A stretch of DNA of 64,000 bases from Gammaproteobacteria bacterium (GCA_965243205.1 CBDEUK010000002.1:1696001-1760000); one strand, 5' to 3'; positions 12,701 through 20,050 are shown, numbered from the stretch's first letter. The notes: generated by a model not told the origin, from the letters alone. Translations and numbers: made by a program.

Positions 12701-15529
12701 ACGACTAAGTACAGATTGATTGTCAGCGTTTCTATCAATAGCTGTATCGCCTTTTAATTTACCATCAGCAACGATACCTTTTGCTAGAAGTTGTACAGTC
12801 CCTGCTTTTTTAGCCTCTATATATGAAAATTCTTCATCCTTATCTTTACTTAATATTTTTGAGTAAATTTGATTTGGATCGGCATCATGGATATCTACAG
12901 AATTACCGCCATTATCAAGAAGTATAGTCGTCTCGATTACTCCTTCTTGAAATTCAACTTGTCCTCCAGAAACGTTTATTTCAGAACCTTCTAATAGTCT
13001 GATATCACCCTTAGAATTAATCGTAACTGTACCACCTTCAGAACTTCTTTCTGCCACATTTCTCCCTACAGTACCTAATGCACCTGATATATCACCCATT
13101 TCAAAATCATCGATTCGTCTTAAATCAAGTGATACTTTTTCGCTCCTTAACACACCATCTTTTTGTAATGGTAAATCTTTTAATTCATTTCCGCGTAATT
13201 CTACAACTAAATTATTTCTTTCCATTTCTACCTGTGTGGAATTACCTGAGACATCTATGACACTTCCCTCTTCCATTTGAAATACGACATCATCGTTTCT
13301 ATCAAGAGTAAATCCGTTGTTGGTATTATCTGCTTCTGGATTATCAGTAAGGGTAATATTAACTTCACCTCCATTAGCAACTATACGACTCTTTTCTTTA
13401 AGGTGAACTTTTTGTCCCATTACTTCCACTGTTGACTTAAAGTTTAGTTGGGTTTCAATTTCTTCAGTTGTTCCATCATCATATTGAACATCTAAAGATC
13501 TTTCTTTTTTCTTTTCAAGTGTAGCTAAATGTCTATCGATACCCTCTGCACTAAATTTAGCTTCTCCGTTTTCATCGATTTTTACAAAATATTGATCATC
13601 AATTTGTTTTTCTTTCGTTTCTCTTTCTTCTTGTGTCAGATCAGCAGCTAATTGTGATTTTAATTTAGAGACTTCTTTAGCAACTTCAGTTTCTCTCTTC
13701 TCTATTAATTCTGAAATGTTTTTATCAGATTCTAAGTCTGCAATGATATGGGTAATACTATCTTCGTCAAAAGTAACATTCCCTGTTTGAGTCGTATCAA
13801 TCGAAATAACACCTCCCGTATTGGTAATATTTGTATTACCTCTTGCTAAAAGACGAATACTTCCATTGGCATTATTTGATGTGGTTGCAGTGATACGACC
13901 GTTTTGGTTGATACTGTGACCAACTACCGTTGTATTTCCTCGTTTGGTCTCAATTACTCCATTGTTATTGATAGTATTGTAGTCACTTGGATTTAAGTTG
14001 TTTTCTCTGTAATCTTTTAAATCGACCTCAACCAATAAACCTCTCAAACTAGCATCTGCACTCGCTTGTAAATAAGCCTTATCGCCAGCGATTAATATAA
14101 CCTGCCCATCTTCGGCACTTATTATTCCATTATTAGTTACATTAGGTGCAGCAAAAATTATTCTTCCGCCATTACCACCATTTACTGCAACGGTATAATC
14201 CTCTTTCGCAGAAAGTCCTGAGACTAAATCACCATTAGAATCGATAATTTGATTGTTATTAATATCTCTAATTGAGGTAGGGTCAGATATTACTTCGCCG
14301 TTAACATCTACAAACTGTATTTGTTCATCAACAATTTGTATTTGAATTACTTCACCGTTTTCATTAAGAAGAGGGTTGTTATTTTGATCGAGAATAACAC
14401 TTCTATTAATTTTTTTAGCTTCTACTTTTTTTACTTCAATAGATGAAATTAAAGAACCATCCTTGTTAGCAATTGGATTACCATACTCATCCCTAATAAT
14501 GTTTGATCCATCATCCTTTATGGGCTCGCCATCAATAGTAACGATCAATTTACCATTGATATCTGTCACAGACTCAATGGGTTTTAAATTTTGATCTAAT
14601 TTAATATCACCATTTACATCTACTAGGTATTTATCACTACCATTGGTATCAATCACACTACCTTCATTAAGTATTTGTCTTAATACCTTTTCACTTTTGT
14701 ATTTTTTTGTATTTAATATAGTTCCATCTGTTGATGATACTGGATTTCCATTTAAATCTTTAACTTCAACTCCACTATTAAAATTAATCGTACCATCTTC
14801 ATTTTGAAATAATCGACCCGTTTTATTTCCTACCATGGGAATTAAATTCCCATTTTCATCTAATACTGGAATATTATTTTCATCAACGAGATATGTTGTT
14901 ATCTCACTACCACCATCAGGTGTAATACCAATATATTTAGTACCTATTTGATCGACAAGTGCTGCTTGTTCTAAATCGATAGCAGTTAGTATCCCATTTC
15001 TAAATACATCATCTGAGATATTAAGTGCTGATGCAGTCAAACCGCCTACATTAATTTGAGCGCCTTTATTAAATACAATGCCATTTTGATTCATCAGCAT
15101 AATATTGCCGTTAGAATTTAAAGCGCCATTAATCTGGCTTGGAGATAATTGATGTATTCTATATAAAGATCGCGATGATGATGATGGCATGTTTGCATTT
15201 ACAGTAGCACTACTACCGATATTAAAACTTTGCCAATTTAATATTGAAACGTCTGTTTTATGATTAATATCTAAAGTTTTGGAAATCACATTGCCAGCTG
15301 AATTAACTACTTGGCTCGATACAAGCTCTGCAACATTAGTATTAATAGTACCTTGAATATTATCTACAGTAGCTCCTTGAGCAACTGGTATTGTAGTGTT
15401 TTCAGCTAGGGCAGCGGGGACAGAACATAATGAGGAAAGGAAAATTACTGAGATTTTTTTATGATATTTATTTATTCCTATTTTTTTATTATTTTTATTA
15501 CTGCTTCTTAATAAACTAAATAAATACAT
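3728..15529 (-). CDS. Giant TpsA / filamentous haemagglutinin-family exoprotein with DUF3739-like C-terminus (PdtA-like)
   Basis: Signal peptide; TPS domain (LNWQSFNIG, NQNGIVF, GLTASAL); beta-helix-type repeats; YLKLPARYALLPGAF motif; C-terminal GGDILMWSSIGNIDAGKGSK...APNGVIDAGDAGI. Confidence 0.9.
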   Translation of the reverse strand: MYLFSLLRSSNKNNKKIGINKYHKKISVIFLSSLCSVPAALAENTTIPVAQGATVDNIQGTINTNVAELVSSQVVNSAGNVISKTLDINHKTDVSILNWQSFNIGSSATVNANMPSSSSRSLYRIHQLSPSQINGALNSNGNIMLMNQNGIVFNKGAQINVGGLTASALNISDDVFRNGILTAIDLEQAALVDQIGTKYIGITPDGGSEITTYLVDENNIPVLDENGNLIPMVGNKTGRLFQNEDGTINFNSGVEVKDLNGNPVSSTDGTILNTKKYKSEKVLRQILNEGSVIDTNGSDKYLVDVNGDIKLDQNLKPIESVTDINGKLIVTIDGEPIKDDGSNIIRDEYGNPIANKDGSLISSIEVKKVEAKKINRSVILDQNNNPLLNENGEVIQIQIVDEQIQFVDVNGEVISDPTSIRDINNNQIIDSNGDLVSGLSAKEDYTVAVNGGNGGRIIFAAPNVTNNGIISAEDGQVILIAGDKAYLQASADASLRGLLVEVDLKDYRENNLNPSDYNTINNNGVIETKRGNTTVVGHSINQNGRITATTSNNANGSIRLLARGNTNITNTGGVISIDTTQTGNVTFDEDSITHIIADLESDKNISELIEKRETEVAKEVSKLKSQLAADLTQEERETKEKQIDDQYFVKIDENGEAKFSAEGIDRHLATLEKKKERSLDVQYDDGTTEEIETQLNFKSTVEVMGQKVHLKEKSRIVANGGEVNITLTDNPEADNTNNGFTLDRNDDVVFQMEEGSVIDVSGNSTQVEMERNNLVVELRGNELKDLPLQKDGVLRSEKVSLDLRRIDDFEMGDISGALGTVGRNVAERSSEGGTVTINSKGDIRLLEGSEINVSGGQVEFQEGVIETTILLDNGGNSVDIHDADPNQIYSKILSKDKDEEFSYIEAKKAGTVQLLAKGIVADGKLKGDTAIDRNADNQSVLSRYQRELSSRPMGGQLIVGNINSFNNAGFDYQAPNVVIQENNFSETFGEFRPGINDALSSEESLGNVKDTLYLSTDFITEGKFNRVNINSNGNVTLAEGNDLVINPGGEFRLKGESVNVNRNVQSLGGILEFSSRFVDNVVDVSNKNIGTFIKENITLDVSGNWTNDNTVITGTGDPKNVVVLDAGKILIKSADSSQSENINSEINIGGIIDENNTASFLDLTIDNNNDGVPDNDLNQDGIADFDLDQDGIHDVLGGNVKLLALGGARRKSDGTHEYGKGGDVEISLNNENSKLHIDKNLHLLGYGFNGGGKLSIKTNGIEVKDLSVQEWLKGQSVENGDSTVIADFLFSDTGFSEFDIISNKGDFVIDSSALIESRTPSLFLPANSSAVSSGSISKVLNSIFSYPKLLKYRNSGLTSGYINSLATLGGVIPSNSVVGFDPLYLREGQKINFSISKDPDVTSAASQSDLVFEDGALIYGDFNGAINFNNDTGGLIDFGGRIFAPGTDVTINLQRDAKQLFDQSSAIVFGDNSIIDVSGTSISVPSDNRLLSRGKVIDAGNVSVSSSGYIITLGEKYDSDGNKISNGSVIDVSGKNGVFDVTGGVSSLTTARKTLSSKAGNISFKSGEGIIDDGKQNLAAANDKAYGGSISYEINSNLRPVNTETGGVRASFDGFNSERRIEISKLSQRQLKASGDNTSEGIEYSVGEIIDPTLNGRIVLSEQKLNSNGSEQLKLSAISQGLTDGVGVIAFNGDISLNQKRDIVLDVAQIDSFDESGISLNGGAISLNANYVSIGSTIRGRENGDLDPVTGSGELNVNANLIDIVGINTLRGIGIVNLTSGNEVRVRGVGDDVVGQLAMRGALNIVADQLYPSTQTEFLIDTGTNGQINISGGDASSVALTAGGELTFKTGDLNIGLVDPNTGSVNPGVVRAPGGKLIFQTENSINLSKDSEVSVSTDGLTVFLGQTRIGDEGQEWVYSDSVNDQGQIVQPTVLYSASKQQDKPEKRIVFESDEVNIAEDGTVDLTGGGEVITYEFIPGPGGSKDFLLADNSENRFAVLPLIGDSSPYDSLEFSRWDLAAGESVYLGASSGLPEGEYLKLPARYALLPGAFLIEKVDGFENLPINQSVGFNSGTLVAGYETIKGTNIQESTTSGYVVFPGSYANTLSEFDINNSDEVVTEIAAINDLNQPRLNQDAGTLDIIAGSGIQLDGNILASAENGRRALVNIVADAINIENTKQGVADAVELLVSSLNGLGAESILIGGTRDITSEGTELTVSSNNVTIGENVELNGNEIIIAAKNNLIVSTGSEISSSGTSSNAKETLIIKDGSGDSAIVRVSADPQVDLQRNNINPNSTTVLDLQAGSTIAADNSITIDSTGNFNLEADLDITEGGSIQLGGPGINIGEVSPSATGLVLDNNKLADLVNTDLTLRTDGNITFFGTTTMTQNNLEFIGNGLIADQSNTANVTLKADRLTFSNSIGSTRLGDPLTSTGTLNIDTNQLNIGEGEFSLVGFKEVTGTVNGDIVGQGRNAVLDVRGDFDIDAARITALSGSNSKIVASGKLDIGNATAQAVANSIADIGGSFGLQGSSVTLDTFLNLPVGRTELVATNGDVILKDNAGIDVSGTSIDVLGIKEINLPGGQIRIVSNSGNIFAAQSNTNAVGLNLESGGVGASAGRLELVAQNGDVTINSNLKADQRGENADELGGYIKVDSKTIGQGIFQKEEMDVDGNIIKEESILIDSSVTNGFNQLNDNLNTAGFTGSRDIRLLEGDINVAANEKIISNQIKLTAEGIDGNGNIIIDGELLTTDKTNGGQIDLIARNDVTLNSQASLDTTTKNSAADGKISLQSTEGNLNLLAGSTVNSGSDGEVLLRVQRTNDNTDVNITEINSTITSKETIVEAVKVYDSQSIINNSFMTTAISEANDFIAAATDINNAAIESFIERVDGAVFNLRAGIEARNQGDITVTEDIDFSTFRFNDQPGIFTARATGNINIDGNLSDGVTTQSTIIPGPFGTTTTIDVFSLTENSWDLNLVAGAELQNNNFVADIFAIEEPSINSISGLANTGNIILSNDSIIRTGTGDINLYASGDIKLTAQNAIYSLGKSIGKELDNRAVNEPSLEVEKWVPVEGGDVNLVAGNNIIGTTSATDKTQLFSEWLVRQEKLDELRNPFTGTVSNVDEDAGTWIDFANFKQGVAALGGGNVTVKAGQDIERLSVSAPTLLTRDYDTDAITRLNKGNIDVHAGGDIKGGIFFVGDGVADITAVGDITAREGTTLDTMLALMGGSLNLQAGGNIDIQHIYNPTAVSFDGQPLFFTYTNDTSVKLTSLTGDVRLDGSFTDLNNFNTSLSRGTSNSDLIRYLPGELNITAAKGDINIDNGINLISDNDGGIELFAGNNIFTSGVIDVLEIPLLNIPYLETFAKSTETTKLLRLDDLLEQRSDPPLHINDFMPSYIVAETGNIEAKSGAGGIVRVRESIRIDAGNDIISLQLQGNNMRDSDITRVRAGRDIKLNDSRNIIGVGGSGRVEVIAGRNIDLGSSKGIETQGNLSNTFLSENGADLFVLAGVGEGPRYFDFYNEYFFKNSTSTDAENGVYSDDLISFLNNRFTKKDADGKDLLDRDGNKITDDIAVANFQALSREEQWDIIGEEFIPNIFSAYYSEFSAAGFESNTTGSFARGFKAIDVLFPESKFERAEVYDPAKLSFTNDAEKQAYFDNLVAQSDYQGDLTMYSSKAYTLDGGSINIVVPGGEVNAGLPVTLDGDEDRLLGVVAQSTGSILTYSREDFLVNQSRVSTLLGGDILMWSSIGNIDAGKGSKSAISAPEPLVSINDQGEVIVDISNTVSGSGIRAVVIDPEVTAGSVTLLAPNGVIDAGDAGIEASGDISIFGTLINPGNIDGGSVNVNGASLGGGATSTSGLSGTSNVANDATNSAAESATDDSEQNEEEVVEQAPQLSFISVEILGFGYDDIEEEEDEDEEEENAEVSYIKPENTEDLG

Positions 15530-15571
15530 CGAAACATCTCCACAACAGCATTTGCTGTTGCTATTTAAAGT

Positions 15572-17335
15572 TTAAAATTCATATCCAAATTTAAAATGTA
15601 ATCTTGAATCACCCGATTCAATATTACTGTTATCACTTAACGCCATAGCCCATAAAAATTCGGCATTTAATCCATCAAATGCTCTTATATCCATTCCTGC
15701 CCCTACGCTCGCTAGAGTAAACCTATCTCTCTGTTCAGGATTGGGTTGTTGAATTTTTAATCTGGCACCTTCAACAAATGTTTTAAATCGTAAATCGTTA
15801 ACAAACTCACCTAAGTATTTAGCTACTGATGGACTTTGAAGTTCTAATGAACCGATATAACCATCATCACCTAATTGTTGTGATTCTAAATAACCTCTGA
15901 CTGTATCTAATCCACCTGCCGTAAACTGTTCGTTACTAACTAATGGAGAGTCTGCTATTTGCGCTTCTAACCTTAATTTAAGTAAAGCATCAAAATACAA
16001 ATTCCTTGAGTGCTCTACATTTGCTTTTAAAATTGCAAAATTTGGTTTTGCATTGGTTCGTTTACTTGCAAATTCTTTCTCCGTATTTCCTAAAGCTCTT
16101 GGAGCAAAAATACCATCCACACCAAGAGTTGTTCTTCCATTTTTATGAAACCAATTTGCAGAATAGGAGCTAATAAAAGATAAATAACTTATAGGTGAAT
16201 TGAATGAGTCTGCACCTAAAATAGTTGTCTCTTTAAAGTCCTTATAATCTGCACCAAATGTTAAGTTATGTGTAAAGCTCTCTAAGTTAGGTAATGGAAA
16301 AATTGCGCGCGCCCCAGCAATGTTACCCCTACCGATCTGATTTATATTTCCAGTTGTTGCTACATCACTCGATGAATTAACTGCATAAAGTGCTAATAAA
16401 TTATTACTACCTGCAAAGCGAACTAAATATGTTCCAAATATAACTTCAACTTCGTTTCTATCTTCAGGCGCAACTACATATCCTATTGATGCGCTATGAC
16501 CTAACTGCCACAAATTGTCGTATCGAAGATTCGCATTTAAACGCAGCCTATTTGTATCCGCTGCATAGCGATCATTTAATTCAATACTTCCATGCAATGG
16601 AAATTCGTCCTGAACCTTTAGCTCAACTTCTACTTTTCCCGGTGTTTTCCCTGGACGTAAAACTGGAGTAACTACCCTGCCAGCAACACCTTTGTTCAAA
16701 TCTGCGAGCTGTCTTTGTACCTCAGGTAAATATGGCGTCTCACCTTCTTTAAGCGCTGGAACTTGCTCTCTAATTTTTCCTAACGAGTAATATCTAGAAC
16801 CAGTGATAGCTACTCTTTCAATAACACCTTCAGTAACATTCAATGAAACAATTCCATCATCGACATCCTGTTCAGGAATATCGACAAACACTGTTCCATA
16901 ACCGTTATCACGGTACGTTGTTTCTAAAGCAACACGTGCTGCTTCAACATCATCTATGGTTTTATCCGGCCCTAAATATGGATAAACCGTTCTTTCAATT
17001 AAATTCCTATCAAGCAGATTATTTCCCTCTACTCGATATTCCCATACGTTAAACGTTACTTCTGTTTGTTCTTCAGCAACTTTAGACTCAAAAATATTTT
17101 CTTCTGCTTGAGTTTCAGTCGAATCGGTTGTTCTATTAATGCCATGTTTTTCTTCTTCCTCTATGGCTTCCTGAATATCTTTTTCAGGTAACTTTTCAGC
17201 AGCCTTAGACTCATCAGGCGTAAATTCCGTATAACCAATTTTTGCATACAAAAGTATGCAAAGAGTCATAATTGATAAGAAAAATAGCTTTTTATTTTCA
17301 ATTAGATAGCTATTGCAGTTCATGTTTTTTCTCAA
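15572..17335 (-). CDS. TpsB / ShlB-FhaC-HecB Omp85 transporter
   Basis: POTRA motifs (YRVEGNNLL, IPEQDV..GIV), the VRGY motif and a C-terminal Phe; true start may be a few codons downstream. Confidence 0.92.
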   Translation of the reverse strand: MRKNMNCNSYLIENKKLFFLSIMTLCILLYAKIGYTEFTPDESKAAEKLPEKDIQEAIEEEEKHGINRTTDSTETQAEENIFESKVAEEQTEVTFNVWEYRVEGNNLLDRNLIERTVYPYLGPDKTIDDVEAARVALETTYRDNGYGTVFVDIPEQDVDDGIVSLNVTEGVIERVAITGSRYYSLGKIREQVPALKEGETPYLPEVQRQLADLNKGVAGRVVTPVLRPGKTPGKVEVELKVQDEFPLHGSIELNDRYAADTNRLRLNANLRYDNLWQLGHSASIGYVVAPEDRNEVEVIFGTYLVRFAGSNNLLALYAVNSSSDVATTGNINQIGRGNIAGARAIFPLPNLESFTHNLTFGADYKDFKETTILGADSFNSPISYLSFISSYSANWFHKNGRTTLGVDGIFAPRALGNTEKEFASKRTNAKPNFAILKANVEHSRNLYFDALLKLRLEAQIADSPLVSNEQFTAGGLDTVRGYLESQQLGDDGYIGSLELQSPSVAKYLGEFVNDLRFKTFVEGARLKIQQPNPEQRDRFTLASVGAGMDIRAFDGLNAEFLWAMALSDNSNIESGDSRLHFKFGYEF

Positions 17336-17413
17336 GAAATTAACTTAACTGCAATTATGGTTCTTTAGATACTTAAAGTAAATCCTCAAACGCATTAATT
17401 TAACCATTCGATT

Positions 17414-17442
17414 GTTACATTCTTAAGACAGAGAAATGACAA
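17414..17442 (-). promoter_or_regulatory. Three Pho-box-like half-sites with 11-bp period upstream of tpsB
   Basis: Minus strand reads TTGTCAT-TTCT-CTGTCTT-AAGA-ATGTAAC, followed about 10 nt later by an AT-rich -10-like stretch. Confidence 0.5.
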
Positions 17443-17456
17443 AATTTGTAATGTTC

Positions 17457-17492
17457 AAAAAAAAAGCCAACCCCTTTTGAGGGCTGGCTTTT
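17457..17492 (-). terminator. Intrinsic terminator after the PEP-CTERM/PstS-fold operon
   Basis: Minus strand AAAAGCCAGCCC-TCAAAAG-GGGTTGGC followed by a T9 tract. Confidence 0.8.
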
Positions 17493-17540
17493 AAACTTTC
17501 GGAAGAAACCAATCTTCCTGAGATATACCTTATTATTTCA

Positions 17541-19070
17541 TCAAGGCGTATCTGGTCTCAATGTGATTGGAGCACAGCTATCACCACCGCGTTCACCACG
17601 CATTGTTGGATTTGTTGTTTCCCAATTTGCTATTGAAGGTAGAGCAGCAACACCATCAAGACCTGCAGATGTCATGATCGCTGGATCACCAGAGGCAGTC
17701 GCAACCATATTAAGCGCTGCTAATGCATTGCCTGTTGTAGAAGCTGTTGGCCATTGGATAGTTTGCTCAAACCAGTGTTGGTAATCGCCAGAAATAGCAT
17801 TAGCAACAGTTGGCGCTACACCATCAATTTTAATGTATTTCCAATCATTACCTGACTCACCTTTTTCAATCGCGTTAAAACCAATAGCATCGATTTTGGT
17901 ACCACCGAAAAGCGCGCCAGATGCAGCATTGTTTTGACAATCAATAACATCACCAGAACCGCTGTTGTTAACAACAAATTGTGAACCGCCTACGAAACCC
18001 GGGCCACTAGCTGGTTCTGTAACCATAGTAAGAGCAGAACCCGCTAAGCATGGATTACCCATGAAGAAAGCATTTTGTGCGGCTTGAGTACCAGAACCAA
18101 CAACACGACGACATACGCCCATGAAACCGTTTGAAACACCTCCGCCAGCGCCAACGATAGCTTGATCAAGTTCTTGGAAAGAACCTAAAGAGCCATTAAG
18201 TAACGAGGCAATTTCAGTTCTTGACAAGGAAGGACGAGCAGTATCACCTGTTACTGTAGGCTCACCAACTAAATCATCTTTATCAGTGTAAGTAGCAAGG
18301 CCTTGCAGCTCTTGAAGATTACGATAAGCAACATCAGTAATTGAAACACCAAATATTACTCCATATTCAGAAAGTACAGTTAACGAACTCTCCTCAGCTG
18401 AACTTAAAGGGCCACCTGTGAAACCAGGGAAGTTTTGAGCAGCTGAGAATAATGCAGGCTCAACATCAGAAACACCACCGTCTGATTTTAAACAAACGGT
18501 TGATTCAGCTGTTGTTCCCGAATGTGCAAAAATATCACCACCTGAAGTAGTTACGTATAAGTCCGTACCAGCAGCGTAAGGTGTAAATGGACATTCAAGA
18601 CCACTAGTTCCTGCAGCGAAAGAGGTAAGGCCTGTCGCACGGTTAGTATCCCAAGTACAGGTTTCAGGAGAACCAGTACTTGTACAGTTACCTGAGAAGA
18701 TGTTTAAGTATTCAACAGCCCACTCACGAGCAACTGGAACCACGCCCCAGATAGAACCACCCGCAGAACGGTTGTTAAAAAGTACATTTAAACCGCCTAA
18801 AGCAGCAGGTACTGATGCGTTAGCAGCGTCTAGTGTACAGTAGTAAGAACGCCATTTCTTACCAACTGAACCAGAGGTAGGAGCGTCACGATATTCTGTT
18901 AAAGAACCAGATGTACAAAAAGAAGATAATAAAGAACCTAAGGTTTTTTGTTGTGCTGAAGCACCTGAAATGTTTACAACTAAATCAGGTGTAGTGCTTG
19001 GCGAAAGAGCCAAGGCATGTGCGCTTACAGTTGCCGCAGCAACTAAAGCAGATAATTTAAGTAACTTCAT
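17541..19070 (-). CDS. Exported Cys-rich PstS/DING-like (type 2 periplasmic-binding fold) protein, candidate surface protein
   Basis: Sec signal peptide; motifs SGASA, GGSIWG, GVSDVEP and RRVVGSGTQ match the PstS phosphate-binding segments (e.g. RRADGSGT); IKIDGVAP; 10 Cys. Confidence 0.65.
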   Translation of the reverse strand: MKLLKLSALVAAATVSAHALALSPSTTPDLVVNISGASAQQKTLGSLLSSFCTSGSLTEYRDAPTSGSVGKKWRSYYCTLDAANASVPAALGGLNVLFNNRSAGGSIWGVVPVAREWAVEYLNIFSGNCTSTGSPETCTWDTNRATGLTSFAAGTSGLECPFTPYAAGTDLYVTTSGGDIFAHSGTTAESTVCLKSDGGVSDVEPALFSAAQNFPGFTGGPLSSAEESSLTVLSEYGVIFGVSITDVAYRNLQELQGLATYTDKDDLVGEPTVTGDTARPSLSRTEIASLLNGSLGSFQELDQAIVGAGGGVSNGFMGVCRRVVGSGTQAAQNAFFMGNPCLAGSALTMVTEPASGPGFVGGSQFVVNNSGSGDVIDCQNNAASGALFGGTKIDAIGFNAIEKGESGNDWKYIKIDGVAPTVANAISGDYQHWFEQTIQWPTASTTGNALAALNMVATASGDPAIMTSAGLDGVAALPSIANWETTNPTMRGERGGDSCAPITLRPDTP

Positions 19071-19111
19071 GGTTAATCACCCTTAAAGAAATTAATAACT
19101 AATAAGTCGCG

Positions 19112-19906
19112 TTAAGCAGCTTTGCGACGACCTGCGCCAACTAAACCGATTAATGCAGAACCAAATAACCAAACAGCAGCAGGAACAGGCACTTCTGGAA
19201 CGCCAACGTTAGAGCCGTTGAATGACAGAGTACCGTCACTAGCTAAAGTCCAAGCACCTAACAATACTGATGAAAAACTATCAGCATTAAATGTAGTGCC
19301 GAAAGGAGAAGAGTTAACAGTGCCTGTTTCTGTGTATAGGTAATAAGCTAAAGTATCCCCTAAACCACCTACTAGAGAATTACTGCCAGAAATACCGCCA
19401 GACGCAGTGGTTAAAACATCGAAGCTTGTTCCATCAGCAACAGGTACAACAGACTCACCATTAGCAACACTATCGTGAGTAGCTGTATTGTTGATTAAGT
19501 TATCAACCCAAGCACCTACGGCTGTATTTTGAGTACCAATTTGGCCAAGAGCTGTGATAGCCGGCGCGCCTGTGCCAGAAGTTGATTGAACTCGACGGCC
19601 ATAAGTTGCCGAATCAGTACCAGTACCAGCTTCAACGCTATCCAAAGCCAAAACGTTCCAATATTGAACGTCGCCTAAAAGACCTTGTAAAGCGGTGCTA
19701 GGAGAGAAAGAAAAAACAGAAGAGTCAGTGATAGAACCGAAATCTATACCTAAATCTAATGTATAACTAGAAGTAGTAGTAACAACGTTGAGAATAAGTT
19801 CACTACCGCCAGTGTTATTAACATCACTACCAGGACTTGTAACAGCAGCGTTAGCAAGACCTGAAGCTGCTAATAATGCAGTTGCAGCAAGAGCTTTAAA
19901 TTTCAT
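19112..19906 (-). CDS. VPLPA-CTERM (PEP-CTERM class) sorted surface protein
   Basis: Signal peptide; Ser/Thr/Gly-rich body; C-terminal VPVPAAVWLFGSALIGLVGAGRRKAA; strong AGGAGGAG RBS. Confidence 0.88.
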   Translation of the reverse strand: MKFKALAATALLAASGLANAAVTSPGSDVNNTGGSELILNVVTTTSSYTLDLGIDFGSITDSSVFSFSPSTALQGLLGDVQYWNVLALDSVEAGTGTDSATYGRRVQSTSGTGAPAITALGQIGTQNTAVGAWVDNLINNTATHDSVANGESVVPVADGTSFDVLTTASGGISGSNSLVGGLGDTLAYYLYTETGTVNSSPFGTTFNADSFSSVLLGAWTLASDGTLSFNGSNVGVPEVPVPAAVWLFGSALIGLVGAGRRKAA

Positions 19907-19971
19907 GTGAGATCTCCTCCTTCAAAGAGAAAAACAAATTAAAAAATCCATATAAGAACTCCTTCCTTGAT

Positions 19972-20050
19972 TTGGCAACCCGGCTATTATGCCCATTTAA
20001 TTTACATAACCCGTGGCTTTCCGTACCTGTGACACAGGTTTGGCTTTATC
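19972..20050 (-). ncRNA. c-di-GMP-I (GEMM) riboswitch, variant form
   Basis: Minus strand AAAGCCAAACCTGT-GTC-ACAGGTACGGAAAGCCACGGGTTATG...CATAATAGCCGGGTTGCC matches the GEMM consensus; lies in the 5' UTR of the PEP-CTERM gene. Confidence 0.85.

Noticed and set aside
3849-13260. Many 60-176 aa ORFs antisense to or nested in tpsA
   Set aside because: Shadow frames of a long coding gene; no recognisable motifs or independent signals
3728-15529. TpsA as a CDI toxin or haemolysin
   Set aside because: No pre-toxin VENN-type motif, toxin domain or immunity gene; the C-terminus is DUF3739-like
15543-15560. CAACAGCA-TT-TGCTGTTG palindrome between tpsB and tpsA
   Set aside because: Short and single, with no U-tract; may be a stabiliser or operator but unsupported
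17436-17452. CusR/cop-box-like palindrome ATGACA-AAATT-TGTAAT
   Set aside because: Spacer is one base longer than the usual box, no copper genes are nearby, and the 11-bp direct-repeat reading fits better
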